64,000 bases of DNA from Gemmatimonadales bacterium (GTDB lineage Bacteria; Gemmatimonadota; Gemmatimonadetes; Gemmatimonadales; GWC2-71-9), in contig JBBDYB010000012.1 in the NCBI GenBank assembly GCA_040901965.1, positions 50,087 through 114,086 of the forward strand, in the 5' to 3' direction. Below are positions 46,153 to 53,425 of this stretch, piece by piece. How positions within the stretch are numbered: the first letter of the stretch is position 1; each line of letters starts with the position of its first letter. The position numbers and the translations under genes are program-made. The notes under the pieces are model-generated. The model did not search any database and had not been told where the DNA came from. It was given only the letters and a program-made list of their open reading frames with translations.

Positions 46153-46926
46153 TCATAGATCGCCCCCGCGGATGCCAGCCTGCGTCAGATGAGTGCGGAT
46201 CGCGCCCAGCGCTCGATAGACCCGGTTATAGACGGTTTTTGTGTTGGGGTAGCCGAGGACGTGCGCCACTTGCTCGGCCGGCATGTCATCGACGACGTAG
46301 AGTTGGACCGCAAGCCGATCGTCGGGGGGGAGGGCGTCCAGGGCACGGGCGAGCAATACGCGCTGTTCGGCTGCCACGGCGGGATCGGGCGGGGCGTCCG
46401 GAAGCGCTGGCGGTGGCACGGCGAGCTCGGCGGCAAGATGGCCGCGACGGCCGGCGCGAGCGGCACGGTACGTGGCGCTCAGTTCGTTGAGAAACTCGCC
46501 GAACGCCAGGTCCGGCGCTTCGCGGGACCGGAGCAGCTCGTAGGCTTCGACATGTGATCGTCCATCGATAAAGACGTACTCGAAGATGCGCTGCCGCAGT
46601 GGAGGCAGCGCGGCTGCCATTGTCGAGAGGCGGCGACGCCCATCCCGATGACGGAACCAGTCGATGGTGAGATTGTGGACGACGGCGACGAGCAACGTGG
46701 AGAACGGGCGGTCGGGATCGAGTCGGGCGGCGCAGCGACGCAGGCGGGTGAAATCGTCCTCGCGCAGCGCTTCGCAGACGCGTGCGAAGACATCCATGAC
46801 GTCGTCGGCTTCGTCTGTGTAGTGACGGATCGCGCCGAAGATGAGGCGGCGGTAGCGCTCGATGAAGAGATCCCATGCGGCCTCGGGATCGCCCGATTCG
46901 AGCGGAGCGATCCACGGTTCCACCAT
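46153..46926 (-). CDS. ECF-type RNA polymerase sigma factor (unusually long, 257 aa)
   Basis: The sigma-2 region is LFIERYRRLIFGAIRHY..DVMDVFARVCEAL...LLVAVVHNLTIDWFRHR. The sigma-4 region is LPPDDRLAVQLYVVDDMPAEQVAHVLGYPNTKTVYNRVYRALGAIR. An extra sigma-4-like segment lies between them. GGAGGAA lies upstream of the ATG. Confidence 0.85.
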   Translation of the reverse strand: MVEPWIAPLESGDPEAAWDLFIERYRRLIFGAIRHYTDEADDVMDVFARVCEALREDDFTRLRRCAARLDPDRPFSTLLVAVVHNLTIDWFRHRDGRRRLSTMAAALPPLRQRIFEYVFIDGRSHVEAYELLRSREAPDLAFGEFLNELSATYRAARAGRRGHLAAELAVPPPALPDAPPDPAVAAEQRVLLARALDALPPDDRLAVQLYVVDDMPAEQVAHVLGYPNTKTVYNRVYRALGAIRTHLTQAGIRGGDL

Positions 46927-46952
46927 GGTTCCTCCGGCCGACCAACGGACCG

Positions 46953-46981
46953 GATATAGCCCGGCGCACCGCTGGGGTCAA
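46953..46981 (-). promoter_or_regulatory. sigma-70-type promoter upstream of the ECF sigma gene
   Basis: Read on the minus strand: TTGACC (46981-46976), 17 nt, TATATC (46958-46953). A further 26 nt containing GGAGGAA lead to the ATG at 46926. Confidence 0.4.
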
Positions 46982-47312
46982 ACGCCAGGCGTGCAAACGA
47001 GCCGTTCTGCAATGAATTGGTGACGCGCGTCACCCGCCTGGCACTAGCGTCCGGACGTGGCGCACGAGTCGGTGGTGGTCGTTCTCGCGACCGGCGGAAC
47101 AACGCTCGAGCGTGATGCGCTCGACACGCTTCCGGAGACGGCGGTCACGTGGATCCGCATCGAGCGCGAGGGACGGGTGGCATGTCTCGCCGCCCGGGTG
47201 CGTCATGCCGACCCGACACTCGAATTCCGAGTCCGGGTTCGGCAATGGGCGGCAGCCCGGGGATGGGGTGTGACTGTTGCGCCGTGCGGTCCGGCTCGCT
47301 AACGTAAATCAC

Positions 47313-48092
47313 ATGCATGACTTGGGTGGCTCCTTGGCAGAGGGCGGCGCGACCGACACGCCCCGAGTGCCGACAGCCCCCCCCGCCGAATCCCGGCGCT
47401 CGGTGCTGGCCCGCTGGTTCGACAGTTGGATGCGTTCGCTGGGCATGGCGCTGGTGCTCTTCCTCATCATCCGCACCTTCCTGCTCGAAGCTTTCCAAAT
47501 CCCCTCAGGCTCCATGGAGCGTACGCTGCTCGCGGGGGATTTTTTGTTCGTGAATAAGGCGGTCTACGGCGCCCAGATTCCCGGCACGAATGCGCGGCTG
47601 CCCGGCTTCAACACGCCGCGCCGCGGTGACGTGATCGTCTTCGCCTACCCGAAGGACCCGACGCTCAGCTATGTCAAGCGCGTGATCGGCGGCCCGGGCG
47701 ACGTCGTCGAGATGCGCCTCGGCCAGGTGTACGTGAACGGCCGCGCGCTCGAGGAGCCGTACGTGCAACGCGTCGACCCGCTGCACGACGGGTTCGATCC
47801 CGAGTTCACCTGGCAGCGGGAGTATTTGGTGCACCGGACCGCTGAGCAGCGGCGTCGCTATCACCCGACGCGCGATACGTGGGGCCCGCTGCGCGTGCCG
47901 AGCGGGAAGTATTTCGTGTTGGGGGACAACCGTGATAATTCGGCCGATTCGCGGTATTGGGGCTTTGTGGATGAGAGCGCCGTCAAGGGACGGCCGCTGG
48001 TGGTCTATTTCAGCTATGATCGGGGAACGCGCGATCCGCTCCCCTGGTTGACGGACATTCGCTGGAGCCGGCTCGGTTCGCTGATTCGCTGA
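47313..48092 (+). CDS. lepB: signal peptidase I
   Basis: Contains IPSGSMERTL (catalytic Ser), YVKRVIGGPGD (Lys box) and GDNRDNSADSRYWGFV. ATG 47313 is preferred over GTG 47277. Confidence 0.92.
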   Translation: MHDLGGSLAEGGATDTPRVPTAPPAESRRSVLARWFDSWMRSLGMALVLFLIIRTFLLEAFQIPSGSMERTLLAGDFLFVNKAVYGAQIPGTNARLPGFNTPRRGDVIVFAYPKDPTLSYVKRVIGGPGDVVEMRLGQVYVNGRALEEPYVQRVDPLHDGFDPEFTWQREYLVHRTAEQRRRYHPTRDTWGPLRVPSGKYFVLGDNRDNSADSRYWGFVDESAVKGRPLVVYFSYDRGTRDPLPWLTDIRWSRLGSLIR

Positions 48093-48127
48093 GTGGTAGC
48101 TTCCTATCGGAGAGGAGTGGCCACCCC

Positions 48128-48985
48128 ATGCAACTGAACACGGCGAAACGCGCATCCTTCGACGAGGGATCTCTGGATCAGTATCTGCGGGAAATCAGCC
48201 AGTATCCGCTCATTACGCGCGAGGAAGAGGTCACGCTCGCGCAGCGGATCAAGCAGCAGGATCCGGAGGCGCTCGACAAGCTCGTCCGGTCGAACCTGCG
48301 GTTCGTCGTATCGGTCGCCAAGAAGTATCAGAACCAGGGCGTGTCGCTCTCCGACCTGATCAACGAGGGGAACCTCGGTCTGATCCGCGCCGCCCACAAG
48401 TTCGACGAGACCAAGGGCATCAAGTTCATCTCGTATGCAGTGTGGTGGATCCGCCAGGCCATCCTCCAGGCGCTCGCCGAGCAGTCGCGCATCGTGCGCG
48501 TGCCGCTGAACCGCGCCGGCACATTGCACCGCATCGGCAAACGCTCGGCCTCCCTTCTACAAGAATTGGGGCGCGAGCCCACCGTCGAAGAGATCGCCGA
48601 AGGGATGGACATCTCCGAGGAGGAAGTCGCCAAGACGCTGTCCATCTCCCAGGCTCATCTTTCGCTCGACGCGCCGCTGACGCCAGGCGAAGACAACAAG
48701 CTGCTCGACTACCTGCCCGACACCACCAATCCGGGCCCCGACGACGAGATCTTCGAGCACGCCCTCACCGAGTCGATCGAGTCGGTGCTGGCCACGCTCA
48801 AAGAGCGCGAGGCACGCATCCTCCGGCTGTATTTCGGGCTCGAAGGCCAGGAGCCGATGACACTGGAGGAGATCGGCTCGCAGCTGGGGATCACCCGCGA
48901 GCGGGTCCGCCAGCTAAAAGAGAAGGCGCTGGCGAGATTGCGCCACGTCTCGAGGGCGAGAGCGCTGGAAAGCTTCCTTTCGTAA
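48128..48985 (+). CDS. RpoD/SigA-family sigma-70 factor (compact form, regions 1.2-4.2)
   Basis: Contains YLREISQYPLITREEEVTLA, NLRFVVSVAKKY, DLINEGNLGLIRAAHKFD, FISYAVWWIRQAI and EEIGSQLGITRERVRQLKEKAL. Confidence 0.92.
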   Translation: MQLNTAKRASFDEGSLDQYLREISQYPLITREEEVTLAQRIKQQDPEALDKLVRSNLRFVVSVAKKYQNQGVSLSDLINEGNLGLIRAAHKFDETKGIKFISYAVWWIRQAILQALAEQSRIVRVPLNRAGTLHRIGKRSASLLQELGREPTVEEIAEGMDISEEEVAKTLSISQAHLSLDAPLTPGEDNKLLDYLPDTTNPGPDDEIFEHALTESIESVLATLKEREARILRLYFGLEGQEPMTLEEIGSQLGITRERVRQLKEKALARLRHVSRARALESFLS

Positions 48986-48987
48986 AA

Positions 48988-49057
48988 CGGAGCAGGGAGC
49001 AGGGAGCGGGGAGCAGCACTGCAAGACTGCTCCCTGCGCCCAGCTCCCTGCTCCCTG
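48988..49057 (+). terminator. long imperfect hairpin built from GGGAGCR heptamers
   Basis: Four forward heptamers (CGGAGCA GGGAGCA GGGAGCG GGGAGCA), then a ~10-nt loop, then four reverse-complement heptamers (..CTGCTCCCTGCGCCCAGCTCCCTGCTCCCTG), followed by TGTATATTCT. It starts 3 nt after the sigma gene stop. Confidence 0.5.
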
Positions 49058-49072
49058 TATATTCTCCCGCCT

Positions 49073-49576
49073 ATGGCTTCTACTGCATCATTCGACATCT
49101 CGACCGGTGCCGACCTGCAAGAGGTCGATAACGCCGTCAATCAAGCCACGAAAGAAGTCCTGCAGCGCTACGACTTCAAAGGATCCAAAGCCTCCCTGGC
49201 TTTCGACCGCACCAAGGCGACGCTGACCCTGGTGGCCGACGATGACTTCAAAATGAAAGCCCTGTTCGACGTGCTCCAGTCGAAACTGATCAAGCGCGGG
49301 GTGCCGGTGAAAAACCTGGAGCTCGGCGCCATCATCCCGGCCGCGAACGACACGGTCCGCCGCGAGATCACGCTCACGCAGGGCATCCCGCAAGAAAAAG
49401 CCAAGGCGATCGTCAAAGCCATCAAGGACAAGAAATTCAAGAAGGCGCAAGTCTCGATTCAGGGGGAAGAGATCCGCGTGACGGCGCCGTCCAAGGACGA
49501 GCTGCAGGAAGTCATCGCCTTTCTGCGCGCGCAGGATTTTGGCCTCGAGCTCAAGTTCGGGAATTATCGCGGATGA
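49073..49576 (+). CDS. yajQ: YajQ-family nucleotide/cyclic-di-GMP-binding protein (UPF0234)
   Basis: 167 aa: SFDISTGADLQEVDNAVNQATKEVLQRYDFKG...LKFGNYRG. The full-length pattern fits YajQ. Confidence 0.9.
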   Translation: MASTASFDISTGADLQEVDNAVNQATKEVLQRYDFKGSKASLAFDRTKATLTLVADDDFKMKALFDVLQSKLIKRGVPVKNLELGAIIPAANDTVRREITLTQGIPQEKAKAIVKAIKDKKFKKAQVSIQGEEIRVTAPSKDELQEVIAFLRAQDFGLELKFGNYRG

Positions 49577-50889
49577 AACTCGGCGTCATTTCCCTGGGCT
49601 GCGACAAAGCGACGGTGGACTCGGAGCGGCTCGTGGGTGAGCTGGTGGGCCACGGCGCCGTCATCACGCCCGATCTCCCGGCGGCCGACGTCATCCTCAT
49701 CAACACTTGCGGCTTCATTGACGCGGCGAAGCAGGAATCGATCGACGCGATCCTCGGCGCCGCCAAACTCAAGCAAGAGGCGGCGGTCAAGGCGGTCGTG
49801 GCGGTCGGGTGTCTCGTCCAGCGCTACAAACGCGAGCTGCAGGAAGAGATTCCCGAAGTGGACCTGTTCCTCGGGTTCTCGGAGCTCCACCATCTCGTCC
49901 CCGAGCTCGCCCAGCGCGGGCTCATCGCCGATCCGCTGGCGACGCATCCCGGCATGCGGCAATTCCTCGGCGACCAGCCACACGTGCGCTACCTCAAGAT
50001 TTCCGAAGGCTGCGATCACACCTGCGGCTTCTGCGCCATCCCCCTGATGCGCGGCAAACATCGCTCCGAGCCGCTTGCGCAGCTGGTGCGCGAGGCCCAG
50101 AGCCTGGAAGCGCAGGGCGCGCAGGAGATCAACCTCGTCGCGCAGGATCTCGGGCATTGGGGGCGCGACCTGGGACCCACAGGGCCGAAGCTGCCCGACT
50201 TGATCGAGACGCTGCTGCGCGAGACCACGGTGCCCTGGTTCCGCCTGCTCTACGTGTATTCGGCGGGGATCAGCGAGCGGCTGGTGGAGCTGATGGCGCG
50301 CGAGCCCCGGATCGCTCCTTACATCGATATGCCCATCCAGCACGCGAGCGACCGCATGCTGGAGCGGATGCGGCGCCCCGAGCGGGTGCAAAGCTTGCGT
50401 GAAAAGCTCGCCTGGCTGCGCGGCACGATTCCCGATCTCGCGATCCGTACCACCTGCCTCGTGGGGTATCCCGGCGAGACCGAGGAAGACTTCCGCGCGC
50501 TGCTCGCCTTCCTGGAAGAAGCGCAATTCGATCGGATGGGCGCGTTCGCCTATTCCCCGCAGGAGGGCACGCGCGCCATGCAATACGAAGACGACGTAAA
50601 TGACGACGTCAAGCGAGACCGTCTCGAAGAAATCGTCGAGGTGCAACGTGTAATCTCCGGTGAGCGCCTGGCGCGCTTCGTGGGCCGCGACGTGGATGTG
50701 CTCGTGGATCGCGTGAGCGATCCCGACGAGGACGGCGCGACCCACGTGGGACGGGTGCGCTGGCAGGCCGACGACGTCGACGGCGTCACGTATCTGGCAC
50801 AGGGTGGCTGGACCGCGCCGGGTGCGTTCGTGCGCGCGCGTATCACGGCGAGCGAGGACTACGATTTCCGGGCCGCCGCACTGACGTGA
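49573..50889 (+). CDS. rimO: ribosomal protein S12 methylthiotransferase
   Basis: Contains LGCDKATVDSE, INTCGFIDAAKQESI, the radical-SAM motif EGCDHTCGFCAIP and a C-terminal TRAM domain. 4-nt overlaps on both sides. Confidence 0.92.
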   Translation: MKLGVISLGCDKATVDSERLVGELVGHGAVITPDLPAADVILINTCGFIDAAKQESIDAILGAAKLKQEAAVKAVVAVGCLVQRYKRELQEEIPEVDLFLGFSELHHLVPELAQRGLIADPLATHPGMRQFLGDQPHVRYLKISEGCDHTCGFCAIPLMRGKHRSEPLAQLVREAQSLEAQGAQEINLVAQDLGHWGRDLGPTGPKLPDLIETLLRETTVPWFRLLYVYSAGISERLVELMAREPRIAPYIDMPIQHASDRMLERMRRPERVQSLREKLAWLRGTIPDLAIRTTCLVGYPGETEEDFRALLAFLEEAQFDRMGAFAYSPQEGTRAMQYEDDVNDDVKRDRLEEIVEVQRVISGERLARFVGRDVDVLVDRVSDPDEDGATHVGRVRWQADDVDGVTYLAQGGWTAPGAFVRARITASEDYDFRAAALT

Positions 50890-52172
50890 CCCGCTCCAGC
50901 GAGTTGTTCGACCGGGCGAAGCGCGTGCTGCCCGGGGGCGTGAATTCGCCCGTACGGGCGTTCCGGGCAGTCGGCGGGACGCCCTTTTTTGTCGCCCATG
51001 CGGCGGGCTGCCGGCTCACCGATGCCGACGGCAAGAGCTACGTGGACTACGTCTGCTCCTGGGGACCCCTGATCCTCGGGCACGCCCATCCCGCCGTGCT
51101 CGACGCCGTGCGTCAGGCGGCGGAGCGGGGATGGACGTACGGCGCCCCCTGCGAGGCGGAAGTCGAGCTCGCCGAGGAGGTGCGGCGCCGGGTGCCGTCG
51201 CTCGAGATGATGCGGTTCGTGAACAGCGGCACCGAGGCCACCATGGCGGCCGTGCGGCTCGCCCGCGCCGCCACGAGCCGCGATCTGATCATCAAGTTCG
51301 ACGGCTGCTACCACGGTCACGCCGACGGATTCCTCGTGAAGGCAGGCTCCGGCGTGGCGACCCTCGGGCTCCCCGACAGCCCTGGCGTGCCGGCCGCGCT
51401 CGCCGGTCTCACGCTGACCGCGCCGTTCAACGACGCCGCAGCCGTGGCCGATCTGTTCCGCCAGCACCCTGACCGGATTGCCGCCGTGATCGTCGAGCCC
51501 TTCGTCGGCAACGTGGGGTTCATTCCGCCCGATCCCGAATTCCATCCCGCCCTCCGCGACCTGTGCGACCAACACGGTGCGCTGCTGATCTTCGACGAGG
51601 TGATGACCGGATTCCGCGTGGCGCCGGGCGGCGCGCAGGAGCGCCTCAGGATCCGGCCCGACCTGACGACGCTGGGCAAGATCGTGGGCGGCGGCTTTCC
51701 CGTCGGCGTGTATGGCGGGCGAGCCGACCTGATGCGGCGCATCGCGCCCGAGGGGCCGGTATACCAGGCCGGCACGTTGTCGGGGAATCCCGTCGCGATG
51801 GTCGCGGGACTCGCGACGATTCGGGAGACCGCACGTCCTGGTTTCTATGACGCACTCCAGCAGCGCACGACGCGGCTTGTGGGGGGGTTGGCTGACGCCG
51901 CGCGCCGCCACGATGTGGCGATGACGCTCGGGCACGCGGGTTCTATGTGGGGCGCCTATTTCGCCGCCGGCCCGGTCCGGAACTACGCCGACGCCAAGCA
52001 GTCCGACACGGCGCTGTTCGCACGCTGGCACAAGGCGGCGCTCGCGCGCGGCGTGTTCCTCGCGCCGTCCGCGTTCGAAGCCGCATTCGTTTCCAGCGCG
52101 CACACGGACGCGGATATTGAGTTCACCATCACGCAGCTCGATGCGGCCCTGGGCGAAGCTCGCGTTCGTTAG
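50886..52172 (+). CDS. hemL: glutamate-1-semialdehyde 2,1-aminomutase
   Basis: Contains LPGGVNSPVRAF, DYVCSWGPLILGH, FDEVMTGFR and TLGKIVGGGFPVG (PLP lysine). Confidence 0.95.
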   Translation: MTRSSELFDRAKRVLPGGVNSPVRAFRAVGGTPFFVAHAAGCRLTDADGKSYVDYVCSWGPLILGHAHPAVLDAVRQAAERGWTYGAPCEAEVELAEEVRRRVPSLEMMRFVNSGTEATMAAVRLARAATSRDLIIKFDGCYHGHADGFLVKAGSGVATLGLPDSPGVPAALAGLTLTAPFNDAAAVADLFRQHPDRIAAVIVEPFVGNVGFIPPDPEFHPALRDLCDQHGALLIFDEVMTGFRVAPGGAQERLRIRPDLTTLGKIVGGGFPVGVYGGRADLMRRIAPEGPVYQAGTLSGNPVAMVAGLATIRETARPGFYDALQQRTTRLVGGLADAARRHDVAMTLGHAGSMWGAYFAAGPVRNYADAKQSDTALFARWHKAALARGVFLAPSAFEAAFVSSAHTDADIEFTITQLDAALGEARVR

Positions 52173-53403
52173 CGCTGCACTCCTCGTCGCCGCGGGGTGT
52201 CCTCGGCCCCGCGGTGGCGGACCGGCGCCCACCGCCGAGCCGGAGCTGCGGATCGGTCTGGCCGTGGGCGCCGACACGGCGGCGCTCGGCGGCTCAGGAG
52301 GGGGCGAGCTGCTCCTGACCGACGAGACGAGCGGTGCGCTCGTCGGGTCCATCCCCGCCGGCGCTCGCTGGCTCGTCATTCCCGACTCAGCTGATGGCAC
52401 GCGCCTGCGCTTCGTGAAGCCCGACGGCACTCGGACCGATCCCTATCGTCGCATCGCCGCCGTGAACGTGACGGAAGACCGGTTCGCGGTTGCCAATGGC
52501 CGCCGCTACCGGGGGCGGATCCACGTGGCCGCCGGGCGCGGCGTTCTGACGGTCGTGAATCGCGTGAGTCTCGAGAGCTACGTCGCCGGCGTGGTCGGCC
52601 CCGAGATCGGTGGCCGGCGGCCCAACGAGGAGGCTGCGGTCCTCGCCCAGGCCATCGTGTCGCGCAGCTTCGCCCTCAAGAATCGCGGACGCTGGGAGTC
52701 CTTGGGCTTCGACGCCTACGCCGACACACGCGATCAGGTGTACCTGGGCGTTGCGGTGGAAACGCCGCAGGCGTGGGACGCGGTGCGGAAGACGGCGGGG
52801 CAGGTCCTACGCTACGACGGAGACGTCGTTGACGCGTTTTTTCACTCAACGTGCGGGTTCAGCACGGCGGGCGTGGAAGAAGCATTCCCGACGGCGCGAG
52901 CGCGCCCTTATCTGCGGTCGGTCTCGGACGCCAGCGGCGGAGGTCATTACTACTGCGACATCTCGCCGCGGTTTCGGTGGCGCGAAGAATGGGATGGCCC
53001 CAAGCTCCGCGCTATATTGTCGCGAACGCTGCCGGCCGTGACGCCGCTCTCGGGCGATGGTCTGCAACCGATTACGGACGTAAGGGTAGGCCGGACGACG
53101 CGGTCCGGGCGGGTCGGGGAGGTGCGGATCGTGTTCGAGCGGGGCGATGTGCGGATTCCGGGACCGGACGTCCGGACGGTCCTGCGACCCGAGGCCGGCC
53201 GGACGCTCTACAGCGGCGCGTTTCAGCTGACCGTCACCAAGAGCGGCAGCGAGGTCAGCCGCGTCGTGGCAGCCGGCGCGGGGTCGGGGCACGGCGTCGG
53301 GATGTGCCAGTGGGGCGCCATCGGCCGTGCCCGCGCCGGCCAAAACTATCGGGCGATCCTAACTACCTATTTTCCCGGGACCAAAATTGAGAAGCTCTAC
53401 TAG
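52141..53403 (+). CDS. SpoIID/LytB-domain lipoprotein
   Basis: ATG 52141 gives MRPWAKLAFVSAALLVAAGC (lipobox). The SpoIID signatures are ESYVAGVVGPEI, AQAIVSRSFAL, FHSTCGF and GHGVGMCQWGA. Confidence 0.85.
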   Translation: MRPWAKLAFVSAALLVAAGCPRPRGGGPAPTAEPELRIGLAVGADTAALGGSGGGELLLTDETSGALVGSIPAGARWLVIPDSADGTRLRFVKPDGTRTDPYRRIAAVNVTEDRFAVANGRRYRGRIHVAAGRGVLTVVNRVSLESYVAGVVGPEIGGRRPNEEAAVLAQAIVSRSFALKNRGRWESLGFDAYADTRDQVYLGVAVETPQAWDAVRKTAGQVLRYDGDVVDAFFHSTCGFSTAGVEEAFPTARARPYLRSVSDASGGGHYYCDISPRFRWREEWDGPKLRAILSRTLPAVTPLSGDGLQPITDVRVGRTTRSGRVGEVRIVFERGDVRIPGPDVRTVLRPEAGRTLYSGAFQLTVTKSGSEVSRVVAAGAGSGHGVGMCQWGAIGRARAGQNYRAILTTYFPGTKIEKLY

Positions 53404-53425
53404 CAACGAACGTTGGAAGGTTGGA

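Noticed and set aside
47057-47302. 81-aa ORF (MAHESVVVVLATGGTTLERDALDTL...) in the 350-nt spacer between the ECF sigma gene and lepB.
   Set aside because: Its codon bias is compatible with coding. However, it has no recognisable family and no ribosome-binding site, and it would overlap the lepB start region. I cannot support it from sequence alone. It is worth a homology search.
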